DNA from: Prevotella sp.
GTDB taxonomy: Bacteria; Bacteroidota; Bacteroidia; Bacteroidales; Dysgonomonadaceae
DNA length: 64,000 nt
Reading direction: 5' to 3'
NCBI GenBank assembly: GCA_031285625.1
Contig: JAITVV010000073.1
Coordinates: forward strand, 32,001-96,000
The position numbers and the translations under genes are program-made. Shown piece by piece: positions 1 through 9,745 of the stretch. Each line of letters starts with the position of its first letter. The stretch's first letter is position 1. The notes beneath the pieces were generated by a model, which saw nothing but the letters and a program-made list of their open reading frames with translations, was not told where the DNA came from and made no database searches.

Positions 1-165
1 TTTACGACAAGTGAATTGGATAACGGATATAAGATCCGACGCGCTGCTATAGACTTTAATGTACCATTGCTTACAAATTCACGACTAGCTTCAGCCTTCA
101 TACAAGCATTCTGCAAAATGAGTGTTGACGAACTTGAAATTAAGGCCTGGAATGAATACGACTGA
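1..165 (+). CDS. carB: Carbamoyl-phosphate synthase large subunit, C-terminal end (5' partial)
   Basis: Frame 1 reads FTTSELDNGYKIRRAAIDFNVPLLTNSRLASAFIQAFCKMSVDELEIKAWNEYD*, the typical Bacteroidota CarB MGS-domain C-terminus. Not in the ORF track. Confidence 0.88.
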   Translation, partial: FTTSELDNGYKIRRAAIDFNVPLLTNSRLASAFIQAFCKMSVDELEIKAWNEYD

Positions 166-183
166 TAATTAATACTATATTGG

Positions 184-220
184 ATAGCCTCGCAGATCAT
201 TTGCGGGGCTATTTTATTTT
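184..220 (+). terminator. Rho-independent terminator after carB
   Basis: Stem ATAGCCTCGCA / TGCGGGGCTAT followed by TTTATTTT. Confidence 0.85.
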
Positions 221-371
221 ATATGTGAAACTCCGTTTTCGAATAGTTTTTGTATTTTTGAGCCCGGTATAATTTAACTATTCTAATGCCATATAATTTT
301 CAATATTTAGCATTATACTAAAGCAAATAACAATACGTTAATTAAGTAATTATATTTAATAATACACTAAT

Positions 372-1133
372 ATGAATAAGAATCTACTCTTTCTATTCCT
401 TTGTCTGTTTACTGGTAATTTAGCTATCAATGCCCAGGTAAAAAAATTACTTACTGAGATCAATTCAATTCAGACAAAAAACGTGATTACTTTTAAATAC
501 AACGATAAAAATCAATTAATATATTTTGACGAAAAAGGAACTGTTACCTATCGCGAGTTTACATTAAAATATGACAAAGCCAGCAATCGGTTAACAGAAT
601 GCTTCATGAACCGTGATAAAGGAGAAATGATCATAAATTCGAAGTTTATATATAACAATGAAGACTATATTACAGAAGAAGCTAAAAACAGTGGCAGACA
701 GCTCCGAAAAACAACAGAATACAATAAGATATACATAGATGCGAATAACAGATTGACAAAAACAATGTTTGAGGACGGGAAGTTATGGGAGGAATTTGTC
801 TATGATGCCAGCAATAATCTGTCCAAATATCTGGTGCATTCAGCTTTTGGTAGCAGTGATATAGAGACTGATTACAAGTTTGATACTTATAAAACAATTT
901 TTTCAAATATAGAAAATATGCCTTCATGGTTCTGGGCATTACATATGAATAATATGAAATGGTGCGGAGACTTTTTAGGACAGAATAATGCAAGGGAGAA
1001 TATAACTCAAGATGCGAGATTTGGTACCGAATCTATTGAAATAACCTATGAATATGACCAGGAAGGGTACCCTGTCAAACAATACTATGATGGGGAGCTG
1101 ATGAAAGAATTTAAATATAAAATAATAAGATAA
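372..1133 (+). CDS. Exported hypothetical protein with YD-like beta-hairpin repeats (DUF4595-like)
   Basis: Signal peptide ending AINA-Q; repeated F/YxYD motifs (FKYND, LKYD, FVYD, YEYDQEGYP). Confidence 0.6.
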   Translation: MNKNLLFLFLCLFTGNLAINAQVKKLLTEINSIQTKNVITFKYNDKNQLIYFDEKGTVTYREFTLKYDKASNRLTECFMNRDKGEMIINSKFIYNNEDYITEEAKNSGRQLRKTTEYNKIYIDANNRLTKTMFEDGKLWEEFVYDASNNLSKYLVHSAFGSSDIETDYKFDTYKTIFSNIENMPSWFWALHMNNMKWCGDFLGQNNARENITQDARFGTESIEITYEYDQEGYPVKQYYDGELMKEFKYKIIR

Positions 1134-1220
1134 AGAAGCTAATCAGTCTTGTAGGAGTGGTATCAAAGAATCATAATCCTTTTTTCCTTAATGCCAATAA
1201 AGTCTGAGTAGTCTGATAAT

Positions 1221-1250
1221 AAAAAGGAGAGTTGGCAACTCTCCTTTTCT
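1221..1250. terminator. Bidirectional terminator between convergent genes
   Basis: AAAAGGAGAGTT-GGC-AACTCTCCTTTT, with A and T tracts on either side. Confidence 0.85.
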
Positions 1251-1492
1251 TATATTTTAGAAAATGTATTATATTTTTTTTCGACTGAAGACTCCCTCAA
1301 TTCTTTCCGAATCCGAATCTCTGCAAAAATAGCAATAGCACAATATATCAAGAAAGGTACTGCTATAAAATATGGAACATAAGCAGCATATTCTCCAAAA
1401 TCAAAATTACCTATCGATAAAATAATTAAATAAAAAAAGAAAATGATATATGATATTCTATGTATTGTTTTATATTTCCTATATTTCTCCAT
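1250..1492 (-). CDS. Small membrane protein with two TM helices
   Basis: 80-aa ORF with two hydrophobic stretches and a basic tail; its stop abuts the terminator. Confidence 0.6.
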   Translation of the reverse strand: MEKYRKYKTIHRISYIIFFFYLIILSIGNFDFGEYAAYVPYFIAVPFLIYCAIAIFAEIRIRKELRESSVEKKYNTFSKI

Positions 1493-1680
1493 GATAAATC
1501 AATTTTAAGCATTTACAACCACAAGAAATAAATTATTTGATAATCAACAAATTAGTATAATCATACGCAATCCTTTCTTTAAAATATCTTTTTTATATCG
1601 TGAGGTAAACATAGACCTTAAAAAGCACATTTCCAAATATTTTATACAATCTTTACAAATGGGGTTAAAAGGGTGTAATA

Positions 1681-2550
1681 TTAACTATCCCGATACTCCT
1701 TAGGAGTCATACCAACCTGTTTTTTGAAGAAGCGACCAAAGTATGAAGGGTTAGGAAAACTCAACTCTTCCGAAATTTGTAGAACTGTAAGATTTGTTGA
1801 TTTCAAGAGCATTTTAGCACCTAAAGTAATAGCATCTTCTAACCAGACATTCACTGATCTACCTGTTACTTTTTTCAATGTTTCTGACAGATATTTTGTA
1901 GTAATACATAATTTATCTGCATAAAAAGAAGCAGACCTCTCAGCTTTAAAGTTGTCTTTTAGCAAGAGTAGAAATTGATCTGCTATCTCCTGGCTTCTGG
2001 ATGAAGAGTTATTTACAAACTGTGTGTCTTTTTCAAGATATAACACTGTAAGTTCTGTTGTTAATGAGTATAAAAGCCCTTTAATAACTTGTTTCAGATA
2101 ATCATGCCTTCTATTATTAAATGTCTCTATAATAAAAGAATAGTACCTGAAAATATTCTTGGTGTCTTCTTTCGACGAATTCAGAACAGGATTAGTCGCT
2201 ATCTTTTGAGGAAGATTAAAGTCTTTCAATACAGGCAAGTCTGCTAAATAATCAAACGAGAATGCAAGCAACTCAATGAAGAAATCATCTGTATGATCTC
2301 CTGCCTCAACGATTTGATTCGGGAGCATTGTTATAATTGAATTTTCAGTTATTACATACTCTTTAAAATTAATCTTCATATGCCCTGTTCCCTTTAGGCA
2401 AATCGCCAGAACAATTCCATCAAACGAGAAAGGATGTTCAAATGAAATATTCGTAGAACTATTTTCGCTATCTGATGCAATAAAATTTTCAATTATGTAC
2501 GAAGATGACGATGCGAAATTCTCAAATGTAAGTTGATTTAGTTTTTTCAT
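1681..2550 (-). CDS. AraC-family transcriptional regulator
   Basis: C-terminal AraC HTH signature (VLQISEELSFPNPSYFGRFFKKQVGMTPKEYR) and N-terminal cupin-like domain. Confidence 0.95.
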   Translation of the reverse strand: MKKLNQLTFENFASSSSYIIENFIASDSENSSTNISFEHPFSFDGIVLAICLKGTGHMKINFKEYVITENSIITMLPNQIVEAGDHTDDFFIELLAFSFDYLADLPVLKDFNLPQKIATNPVLNSSKEDTKNIFRYYSFIIETFNNRRHDYLKQVIKGLLYSLTTELTVLYLEKDTQFVNNSSSRSQEIADQFLLLLKDNFKAERSASFYADKLCITTKYLSETLKKVTGRSVNVWLEDAITLGAKMLLKSTNLTVLQISEELSFPNPSYFGRFFKKQVGMTPKEYRDS

Positions 2551-2622
2551 ACCGAATAATTATAGTGCACATAAAAATAGAATATAAGTTTATATAATAA
2601 GTCATCTATTGTATAAGAAACA

Positions 2623-2794
2623 CGCCAATATGGACATTTTTAAGGAATATTAGATTATAAATAATAATTATTTTTAATTGAGCTTATAAGCCTCACTCAA
2701 ATACACAACAAACAAACAACTGACAATAGGACACTTAAACACAAAAACAAAACTTTAACACATTCATTTAACATATGCGTCAATATGGACATTT
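2623..2794. promoter_or_regulatory. Repeated candidate operator CAATATGGACATTT between araC and marR
   Basis: Identical 14-mer at 2626-2639 and 2781-2794; degenerate copy CAATAGGACACTT at 2724-2736. Confidence 0.55.
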
Positions 2795-2927
2795 ATGTAG
2801 AAAATAAGATAAGAATAAATCTTCATAAAGCCCAGATATTTGCAAAGGGAAAAGATCAAAGTAAAAACAGCTTATTTTTTTCTAAAGCACATAAGTAAAT
2901 TTATAATAAAACTAATAATAAGTATTT

Positions 2928-3374
2928 ATGGAAAATTTAAAAACTAAAGAAAAGAAATTTTCACGGGTCGACAACCTGATGTGGAAAGTTGCAAAACTTT
3001 TACACAAAAAGAAAAAGATGATATTGGAAGAATTTGATCTGACATGCTCCCAGTTTGATATACTAACAGCAATCTATCAGGCATCAATAAATAAAGAAGA
3101 GGTGATTCAGATCAATCTTTCTGAAAAAACAAATATCGATCCTATGACAACCTCAACCATATTAAGGAATTTACAAAAAAGAGGACTAATAAGGAGAGAG
3201 CGAGGGTTGATAAACACCCGCACCGTAGAAGTAGAACTAACAGAATCTGGAAAAGAGCTATACTGTATGGCGCAAAAAAATATAGAAAAAATGAGAGAAG
3301 ATATCTATCAACACCTAGACCAAAAGCAGTTTACATCCCAGTTATTAATACTATCCGATAAATTAAATAAATAA
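2928..3374 (+). CDS. MarR-family transcriptional regulator
   Basis: LTCSQFDIL...IDPMTTSTILRNLQKRGLIRRER...VELTESG winged-HTH pattern. Confidence 0.93.
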   Translation: MENLKTKEKKFSRVDNLMWKVAKLLHKKKKMILEEFDLTCSQFDILTAIYQASINKEEVIQINLSEKTNIDPMTTSTILRNLQKRGLIRRERGLINTRTVEVELTESGKELYCMAQKNIEKMREDIYQHLDQKQFTSQLLILSDKLNK

Positions 3375-3385
3375 ATTTTTGAATT

Positions 3386-4492
3386 ATGAAATTAATGAAG
3401 ATTGTTTGTGGAGCCTCTGCTCTAATGTTATTTGTTACATCCTGTGGTAGTAAACAGGAATCGTCTGAACAAGTCAATTCTCAAAAATATCCGACGACAG
3501 TGATCAGTGAACAGAATGTAGAACTATCCTCTGTATATCCGACAACAATAAAAGGGCAGGAAGATATTGAAATTCGTCCCCGTATCGATGGATTCATTGA
3601 TGCCATTTACGTGGATGAAGGATCTGTTGTAAGAAAAGGACAGACATTATTTAAAATTAATTCTCCTCAGGCAGAGCAATCATTGACAAGTGCACAGGCA
3701 TCATTGAAGAGTGCACAGGCACAGGTAAACACTGCTAAAGTAAATGTAAACAGAATTCGTCCCTTAGCAGAAAAAGGAATTGTGGGGAATGTGCAGCTGG
3801 AAACAGCAGAAGATTCTTATCAAAGCGCTATGGCAGGACTGGCACAAGCAGAAGCAGCATTAAAAAATGCTCAGGCAACTTTGGGTTGGACAAATGTAAC
3901 CAGTCCGGTTGATGGTCTTATTGGTTCTATTCCTCTTCGTATGGGCAGCCTGGTAAATTCATCAAATGTGCTGACCACCGTTGCTAATACAGGGAATGTA
4001 TATGCATATTTCTCACTGAATGAAAAAGAATTTTCCGTATTCATGAATAACATGGAAGGAAGAAGTCAGGCTGAGAAGATAAAGAATGCTCCTCCGGTAA
4101 TACTCACTCTGGCTAATGGAACGACTTATGAACATACCGGAAGGATAGAGACGATCACCGGTTCTGTAAATATCACTACAGGCACGGTCAGTTTTCGTGC
4201 TGAATTTCCAAATAAGGATGGAGAACTGAAAAGCGGAACAAGTGGAAAGATTACTATTCCCAGACATATCAAGAATACAATAGTTATACCTCAGAAAGCG
4301 ACGTTTGCACAACAGGATAAAACATTGGTATTTCAAGTTCAGGGTGACTCTGTAATCCAAAAAGTAATATCGGTATTATCAACTCCGGACGGAAAAAGTT
4401 ATGTAGTAACTGATGGGTTAAACAGTGGAGACAGAATAGTCACAGATGGTATAGCAACACTTAGTCATGGTAAAAAAATTACCATAGAATAA
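3386..4492 (+). CDS. RND efflux periplasmic adaptor (AcrA-like lipoprotein)
   Basis: Lipobox VTSC; lipoyl halves EIRPRIDGFI...VDEGSVVRKGQTLFKI and VTSPVDG; coiled hairpin. Confidence 0.96.
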   Translation: MKLMKIVCGASALMLFVTSCGSKQESSEQVNSQKYPTTVISEQNVELSSVYPTTIKGQEDIEIRPRIDGFIDAIYVDEGSVVRKGQTLFKINSPQAEQSLTSAQASLKSAQAQVNTAKVNVNRIRPLAEKGIVGNVQLETAEDSYQSAMAGLAQAEAALKNAQATLGWTNVTSPVDGLIGSIPLRMGSLVNSSNVLTTVANTGNVYAYFSLNEKEFSVFMNNMEGRSQAEKIKNAPPVILTLANGTTYEHTGRIETITGSVNITTGTVSFRAEFPNKDGELKSGTSGKITIPRHIKNTIVIPQKATFAQQDKTLVFQVQGDSVIQKVISVLSTPDGKSYVVTDGLNSGDRIVTDGIATLSHGKKITIE

Positions 4493-4623
4493 AACTTCAA
4501 TATTTCCACTTCACATTTTACTTTGAGTGAGGTACCGGAAATAAAAATCAATTTAACAAATAGAAAATCAAGTTCCTCAAACTGAGGAATGGAGATCTTT
4601 TTGACTCAATAAACAGAATAATT

Positions 4624-7600
4624 ATGTTAAAAACATTTATAGAAAGACCCGTTTTATCTACCGTAATATCCGTTATTATAGTAGTGTTGGGGATTATTGG
4701 TATTGCAACATTACCGATAGAACAGTACCCTGATATCGCTCCGCCTACCGTCCAGATTCAAGCACAATACCCCGGAGCAAATGCCGATGTGGTAATGAAA
4801 AGTGTGATCATACCTATCGAAGAAGCTGTGAATGGTGTGGAAGGAATGACATACATGACATCTACAGCCTCTAATAGCGGTGTAGCCAGTATCTCCGTAT
4901 TCTTTACAAAAGAGACGAATCCCGATATAGCAGCCGTAAATGTGCAAAACCTTGTTGCTACAGCAACTCCTCTTTTACCTGCTGAAGTAACTCAAATCGG
5001 TGTAACGGTTAAAAAACAATTAAGCAGCTACATTCTGATGATCTCCCTATCCAGTGACAATCCTGATTACGATGGAAGGTTTATTCAGAATTATGCAAAT
5101 ATCAATCTTATACCTCAGATCAAACGTGTATATGGTGTCGGCGACGCTACTGTAATCGGAGCACAGGACTACTCTATGCGTGTATGGCTGAAACCGGACG
5201 TGATGGCTTCATACAAAATCAATCCGGCAGAAGTTATCGCAGCATTACAAGACCAGAACATCGAAGCCGCTCCGGGAGAACTGGGTGCCAATAGTGACCA
5301 GACTTACCAGTATACAATGAAATATACAGGACGGCTGAAATCTGCCGAAGAATTTGATGATATAATTATACGTTCTCAGGATGGACACATCTTAAGATTG
5401 AAAGATGTGGCTGAAGTTGAACTAGGCTCACTCAACTATAGTGTAATAACCCGCACAAATGGAAATGATGCCGTATTTCTGGCCGTAAGCCAGACCTCAG
5501 GATCGAATGCGCAAGAACTGATTAATAATATAAAACAAGTAATTGATCAGGAATCCGAATCTTTCCCTCCGGGGCTGGAAGTGACCTATATGATGGATGC
5601 TAACGAGTTTCTTGGAGCATCAATCAATAAAGTATTACATACATTTGTTGAAGCTCTAATGCTTGTATTCCTTGTCGTATTTATATTCCTGCAGGACTGG
5701 AAATCTACTCTGATACCTGCTATTGCGGTACCTGTGGCAATTATCGGAACATTCTTTTTCCTTCAGGTATTAGGATTCTCTATCAATATTCTTACACTAT
5801 TTGCCCTCGTACTAGCTATTGGTATAGTCGTCGATGATGCCATTATAGTCGTCGAGGCCGTCCATGCCCAAATGGAGAATGGTGAGCAGGACCCTAAAAA
5901 GGCCACTCTGATAGCAATGAAGGAGATTGCTCCGGCTATCGTATCTATTACACTGGTTATGGCCTCAGTATTTATTCCGGTCAGTTTTATTGGAGGTACA
6001 TCAGGCGTTTTCTTCAAGCAGTTTGGTCTTACTCTTGCTGTAGCTATCGTTATATCTGCTGTAAATGCATTGACGCTGAGTCCTGCATTGTGCGCACTAT
6101 TCCTGAAACCTCATGAGGAAGGACACGAAAACAAAAAGAAAAATTTCCTACAACGTTTTTTCTATGCATTCAACATAGCATTCAGTGCCGGAACAAAGAA
6201 ATATAAGTCATCGCTCCAATTCCTCGGTAAAAAGAATCACCGCTGGATAACAGTAGCCATCATAGCCATATTTTCGGTTATATTGGTAGGACTGATGAAA
6301 ATGATTCCTACAGGATTCGTTCCTCAAGAGGATAGTGGCGCCATGATAGGCCTTGTTACTTTACCTCCGGGTTCATCACTCGAAAGATCAGACTCTATAG
6401 TACAGGAAGTAATAAAAATTACAAAAGAGATTGAAGAGATAGATTTTGTTACAGAGATCACCGGGGTAAATTTCCTTAGTGGTCTGGGAGGGCAGGCCAG
6501 TTCATATGCCACTCTGATGATAAAACTAAAACATTGGGATGATCGCGAAACTTCACCTTCTGAAATATCGGCATATCTTACAGAAAAGACAAAGAATATC
6601 CAAAATGCTACATTTATGTTCTTTGGGATGCCAACACTACAAGGTTTTGGTATGAGTACAGGAGTGGAGTTGAAGATGCAGGATAAAACAGGTGGCGATA
6701 TACATGAATTCTATGACCTCACAAATAAGTTCCTTGCAGAAATGAACCAACGCGAAGAGGTAATGATGGCTATGACTACATTCAATCCGAATTTCCCTCA
6801 GCGTAAAATAGAAGCAAATCTGCCTAAAATAAAAGAAGCGGGGCTAAGCCTTGGTGATGTAATGACAACATTACAAGCCTATGTAGGTAGTATGTATGTT
6901 TCCAACTTCAACCTATATGGTAAACAATTCCGTGTGATGGTGCAGTCTCCACCTGAATACAGAGAAAAGCTCGAAGATATGGATGGTATATTTGTAAGAA
7001 CCTCATCGGGTGAAATGGCTCCGATTACTGAATTTATTACCGTTAGCCCTGTTACGGGACCACAAGCATTAACCCGTTTCAATATGTTCCAATCTATGGA
7101 TGTAACTATTATTCCGAATTTCCCAAAAGGATATAGTACAGGAGATGTGATTAATATAGTAGAAGAAGTAGGAAAAGATGTATTACCGACAGGCTATGGT
7201 TATGAATATGCAGGGATGACCCGCGAAGAGACAGGACAGGGTTCACAAGTAATCTTGATATTCGGTATTTGCTTAATATTTGTATACCTATTACTTGCAG
7301 CACTTTATGAAAGTTATATTCTTCCACTTGCAGTAATATTTTCATTACCAATCGGATTAGCCGGAGTATTTATATTCCTGATGATATTCGGTTTGCACCA
7401 AGGTATTGTTAACAATATCTATGTTCAGATATCACTAGTGATGCTAATCGGATTATTGGCCAAAAATGCTATCCTGATTGTAGAATACGCTATTCAACGC
7501 CGCCAACAGGGGCAAAGTATTGTTGAAGCTGCTGTTAATGGAGCTGTAGCCCGCCTCCGCCCTATCCTGATGACATCTTTTGCATTCATCTGCGGACTAC

Positions 7601-7800
7601 TACCTCTGATGTTTGCCAGCGGAGCCGGTGCAATAGGTAACCAATCTATCGGTATCAGTGCTGTAGGCGGTATGTTTGTAGGAACAGTGATAGGCATATT
7701 AGTTATTCCGACACTATATATCCTATTCCAAAGCTTACAGGAACGCTTTAGTGGTAAAGACCCGAGATCAAGTAACAAACAACAATTAATAGAAGAATAA
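4624..7800 (+). CDS. RND efflux transporter, HAE1 (AcrB-like)
   Basis: FIERPV start, LPIEQYPDIAPP, GIVVDDAIIVVE, AKNAILIVE, RLRPILMTS motifs. Confidence 0.97.
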   Translation: MLKTFIERPVLSTVISVIIVVLGIIGIATLPIEQYPDIAPPTVQIQAQYPGANADVVMKSVIIPIEEAVNGVEGMTYMTSTASNSGVASISVFFTKETNPDIAAVNVQNLVATATPLLPAEVTQIGVTVKKQLSSYILMISLSSDNPDYDGRFIQNYANINLIPQIKRVYGVGDATVIGAQDYSMRVWLKPDVMASYKINPAEVIAALQDQNIEAAPGELGANSDQTYQYTMKYTGRLKSAEEFDDIIIRSQDGHILRLKDVAEVELGSLNYSVITRTNGNDAVFLAVSQTSGSNAQELINNIKQVIDQESESFPPGLEVTYMMDANEFLGASINKVLHTFVEALMLVFLVVFIFLQDWKSTLIPAIAVPVAIIGTFFFLQVLGFSINILTLFALVLAIGIVVDDAIIVVEAVHAQMENGEQDPKKATLIAMKEIAPAIVSITLVMASVFIPVSFIGGTSGVFFKQFGLTLAVAIVISAVNALTLSPALCALFLKPHEEGHENKKKNFLQRFFYAFNIAFSAGTKKYKSSLQFLGKKNHRWITVAIIAIFSVILVGLMKMIPTGFVPQEDSGAMIGLVTLPPGSSLERSDSIVQEVIKITKEIEEIDFVTEITGVNFLSGLGGQASSYATLMIKLKHWDDRETSPSEISAYLTEKTKNIQNATFMFFGMPTLQGFGMSTGVELKMQDKTGGDIHEFYDLTNKFLAEMNQREEVMMAMTTFNPNFPQRKIEANLPKIKEAGLSLGDVMTTLQAYVGSMYVSNFNLYGKQFRVMVQSPPEYREKLEDMDGIFVRTSSGEMAPITEFITVSPVTGPQALTRFNMFQSMDVTIIPNFPKGYSTGDVINIVEEVGKDVLPTGYGYEYAGMTREETGQGSQVILIFGICLIFVYLLLAALYESYILPLAVIFSLPIGLAGVFIFLMIFGLHQGIVNNIYVQISLVMLIGLLAKNAILIVEYAIQRRQQGQSIVEAAVNGAVARLRPILMTSFAFICGLLPLMFASGAGAIGNQSIGISAVGGMFVGTVIGILVIPTLYILFQSLQERFSGKDPRSSNKQQLIEE

Positions 7801-7802
7801 TT

Positions 7803-9227
7803 ATGAAAAGTAAATATATAAAAGGTGTTGTTCTATCAGGGCTTATAGCCCTGATGGGACTCCCATCCTGCCAGGTAATGAATAAATATAAAGCTCCCGA
7901 GGTAGATAGTCAAAATCTATTTAGGGACGAGAACCCCTCTGATACAACAACGATAGCCTCTATTCCGTGGCGTGAATATTTTTCTGATCCATTTTTACAA
8001 TCATACATTGACGAAGCATTAAACAATAACTTCGACATGCTGATTGTTCAGGAACGTATAAAACAAGCTGAAGCAGCATTAGGTATGGCACGTGCAGCTT
8101 ATTTTCCTGATGTGGCACTCACTGCACAGGTAAACCAGACCCGCGCCAGCAATGCCGATCCACTGACAGGCATCCCCCAGGACAAGAACACATTAGGCTA
8201 CCATACCGAAAAATATTCATTGGGTATAGTTGCCAGTTGGGAACTTGATCTGTGGGGCAAAATGAATCGCCAATCGAAATCAAAATATGCACAGATGCTA
8301 AACAGCTATGCCGGACGTAACCTGATACAAACATCTCTGATCTCAAATATGGCTAATATATATTATGCTCTATTGGCATTAGATGAGCAGCTAAAGGTTA
8401 CAAATGATATGATAGTACTTATGGGAGAGAATTTGGTAACAATGGAAGCCCTGAAAGAAGCAGGAATGACCAATGGAGCAGCTGTAGAACAAACAAGGGC
8501 AGCTCTGGCCAGTGCAAAAGCATCTATACCTGATCTGGAGAGTAATATCAGGCAATTGGAAAATGCCATATGTACCATATTGGGACGTAATCCTGGTTCA
8601 ATAGCCAGATCTTCAATTGAGCTACAAGATGTTCCAATAGATTTAGCGCATGGCATTCCAGCTCAGATGTTAGCTCGTCGCCCGGATGTAAACCAGGCAG
8701 AACTGGAGTTTCGTTCTGCATTTGAATTAACGCATGCAGCAAAAGCCAGCTTTTATCCTACGATTACTTTAAATTCAGGAATGATTGGATATTCAACTAC
8801 AAATGGATTAAGTCATTTTTTTAAACCGGAAAACTTATTTGCAAGTATTGCCGGAGGATTGACACAACCTCTTTTTGCCCGCAAGCAACTAATGACACAA
8901 TATAAAGTAGCTAAATCGGAACAACAAATAGCATTGCTAACTTTCGAAAAAACAGTATTAGCTGCAGGACAAGAAGTATCTGATATCTTGTACACTTATG
9001 AATCGTCATTAAGGAAGAATGAGAACCGGAATGTTCAGGTGGAATCATTAACCAAAGCTGTTGACTATACTCATGAATTATTAAAAGCAGGAGAAGCCAC
9101 CTACCTTGAGGTCTTAAGTGCCCAACAAGGCTTGTTGGAAGCTCAACTCAATCAAGTTAGTGATAAGCTACAACAGCTTCAGTCCACATCTGACCTATAC
9201 AGGGCATTAGGTGGAGGAATTGAATAA
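7803..9227 (+). CDS. Outer membrane efflux channel (OprM/NodT-type lipoprotein)
   Basis: Lipobox LPSC; SWELDLWGK, LARRPDV, YLEVL, LYRALGGG motifs. Confidence 0.96.
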   Translation: MKSKYIKGVVLSGLIALMGLPSCQVMNKYKAPEVDSQNLFRDENPSDTTTIASIPWREYFSDPFLQSYIDEALNNNFDMLIVQERIKQAEAALGMARAAYFPDVALTAQVNQTRASNADPLTGIPQDKNTLGYHTEKYSLGIVASWELDLWGKMNRQSKSKYAQMLNSYAGRNLIQTSLISNMANIYYALLALDEQLKVTNDMIVLMGENLVTMEALKEAGMTNGAAVEQTRAALASAKASIPDLESNIRQLENAICTILGRNPGSIARSSIELQDVPIDLAHGIPAQMLARRPDVNQAELEFRSAFELTHAAKASFYPTITLNSGMIGYSTTNGLSHFFKPENLFASIAGGLTQPLFARKQLMTQYKVAKSEQQIALLTFEKTVLAAGQEVSDILYTYESSLRKNENRNVQVESLTKAVDYTHELLKAGEATYLEVLSAQQGLLEAQLNQVSDKLQQLQSTSDLYRALGGGIE

Positions 9228-9235
9228 ATATTAAT

Positions 9236-9289
9236 TCAAATAAAGATAGTCCTGCAAGTTCTAAAACTTACAGGACTATCTTTATTTGA
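9236..9289. terminator. Long bidirectional terminator hairpin
   Basis: TCAAATAAAGATAGTCCTG...CAGGACTATCTTTATTTGA inverted repeat between convergent genes. Confidence 0.85.
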
Positions 9290-9309
9290 TCTGACTTAAT
9301 AAATTAGTT

Positions 9310-9612
9310 TCAACCAAAAATAAACTGATCAATAAACTGATCTCCTTCCCATTGATCTCTACTTTTAATATGAATACCCAGATTATTCAACAAATGCTTT
9401 AGTTCATTACTAATCGCATCAACGTATATAAGGCTGATTTGCTTTAACTTCAAAAGTTTTGAAAAATTATTATTATCATTACTCTCCAATTTAATACTTT
9501 CATAGCCCGAAACCTTTTCTCCTTCCATCTCAAATACATTTATCAATGTATTTTCTTTTATTTCTTTACTCGGTACTCCTTTATCTGTTATTATTGCTAT
9601 AGTCTTTTTCAT
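9310..9612 (-). CDS. Small protein, possibly NifB/NifX (MTH1175)-like fold
   Basis: Pattern KTIAII...INVFEMEGEKV...ISLIYVDAIS..LKHLLNNLGIHI and 100-aa length fit the NifX-like layout; the canonical HFG motif is absent. Confidence 0.5.
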   Translation of the reverse strand: MKKTIAIITDKGVPSKEIKENTLINVFEMEGEKVSGYESIKLESNDNNNFSKLLKLKQISLIYVDAISNELKHLLNNLGIHIKSRDQWEGDQFIDQFIFG

Positions 9613-9745
9613 ATCTTTCTTTATCAGTGTCTACTATTAGAGACGTCTTTGAAACAAAGAATATTTCAAAAGAGTTCTTTTTTTAAATATATTTTTCATT
9701 CAATTCGATAATTCACAAACAAAACTAAAAAATAGGTAAATAACG

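Noticed and set aside
9310-9612. Evidence for nitrogen fixation
   Set aside because: No nifHDK or cofactor genes are in the window, and the fold occurs widely outside diazotrophs.
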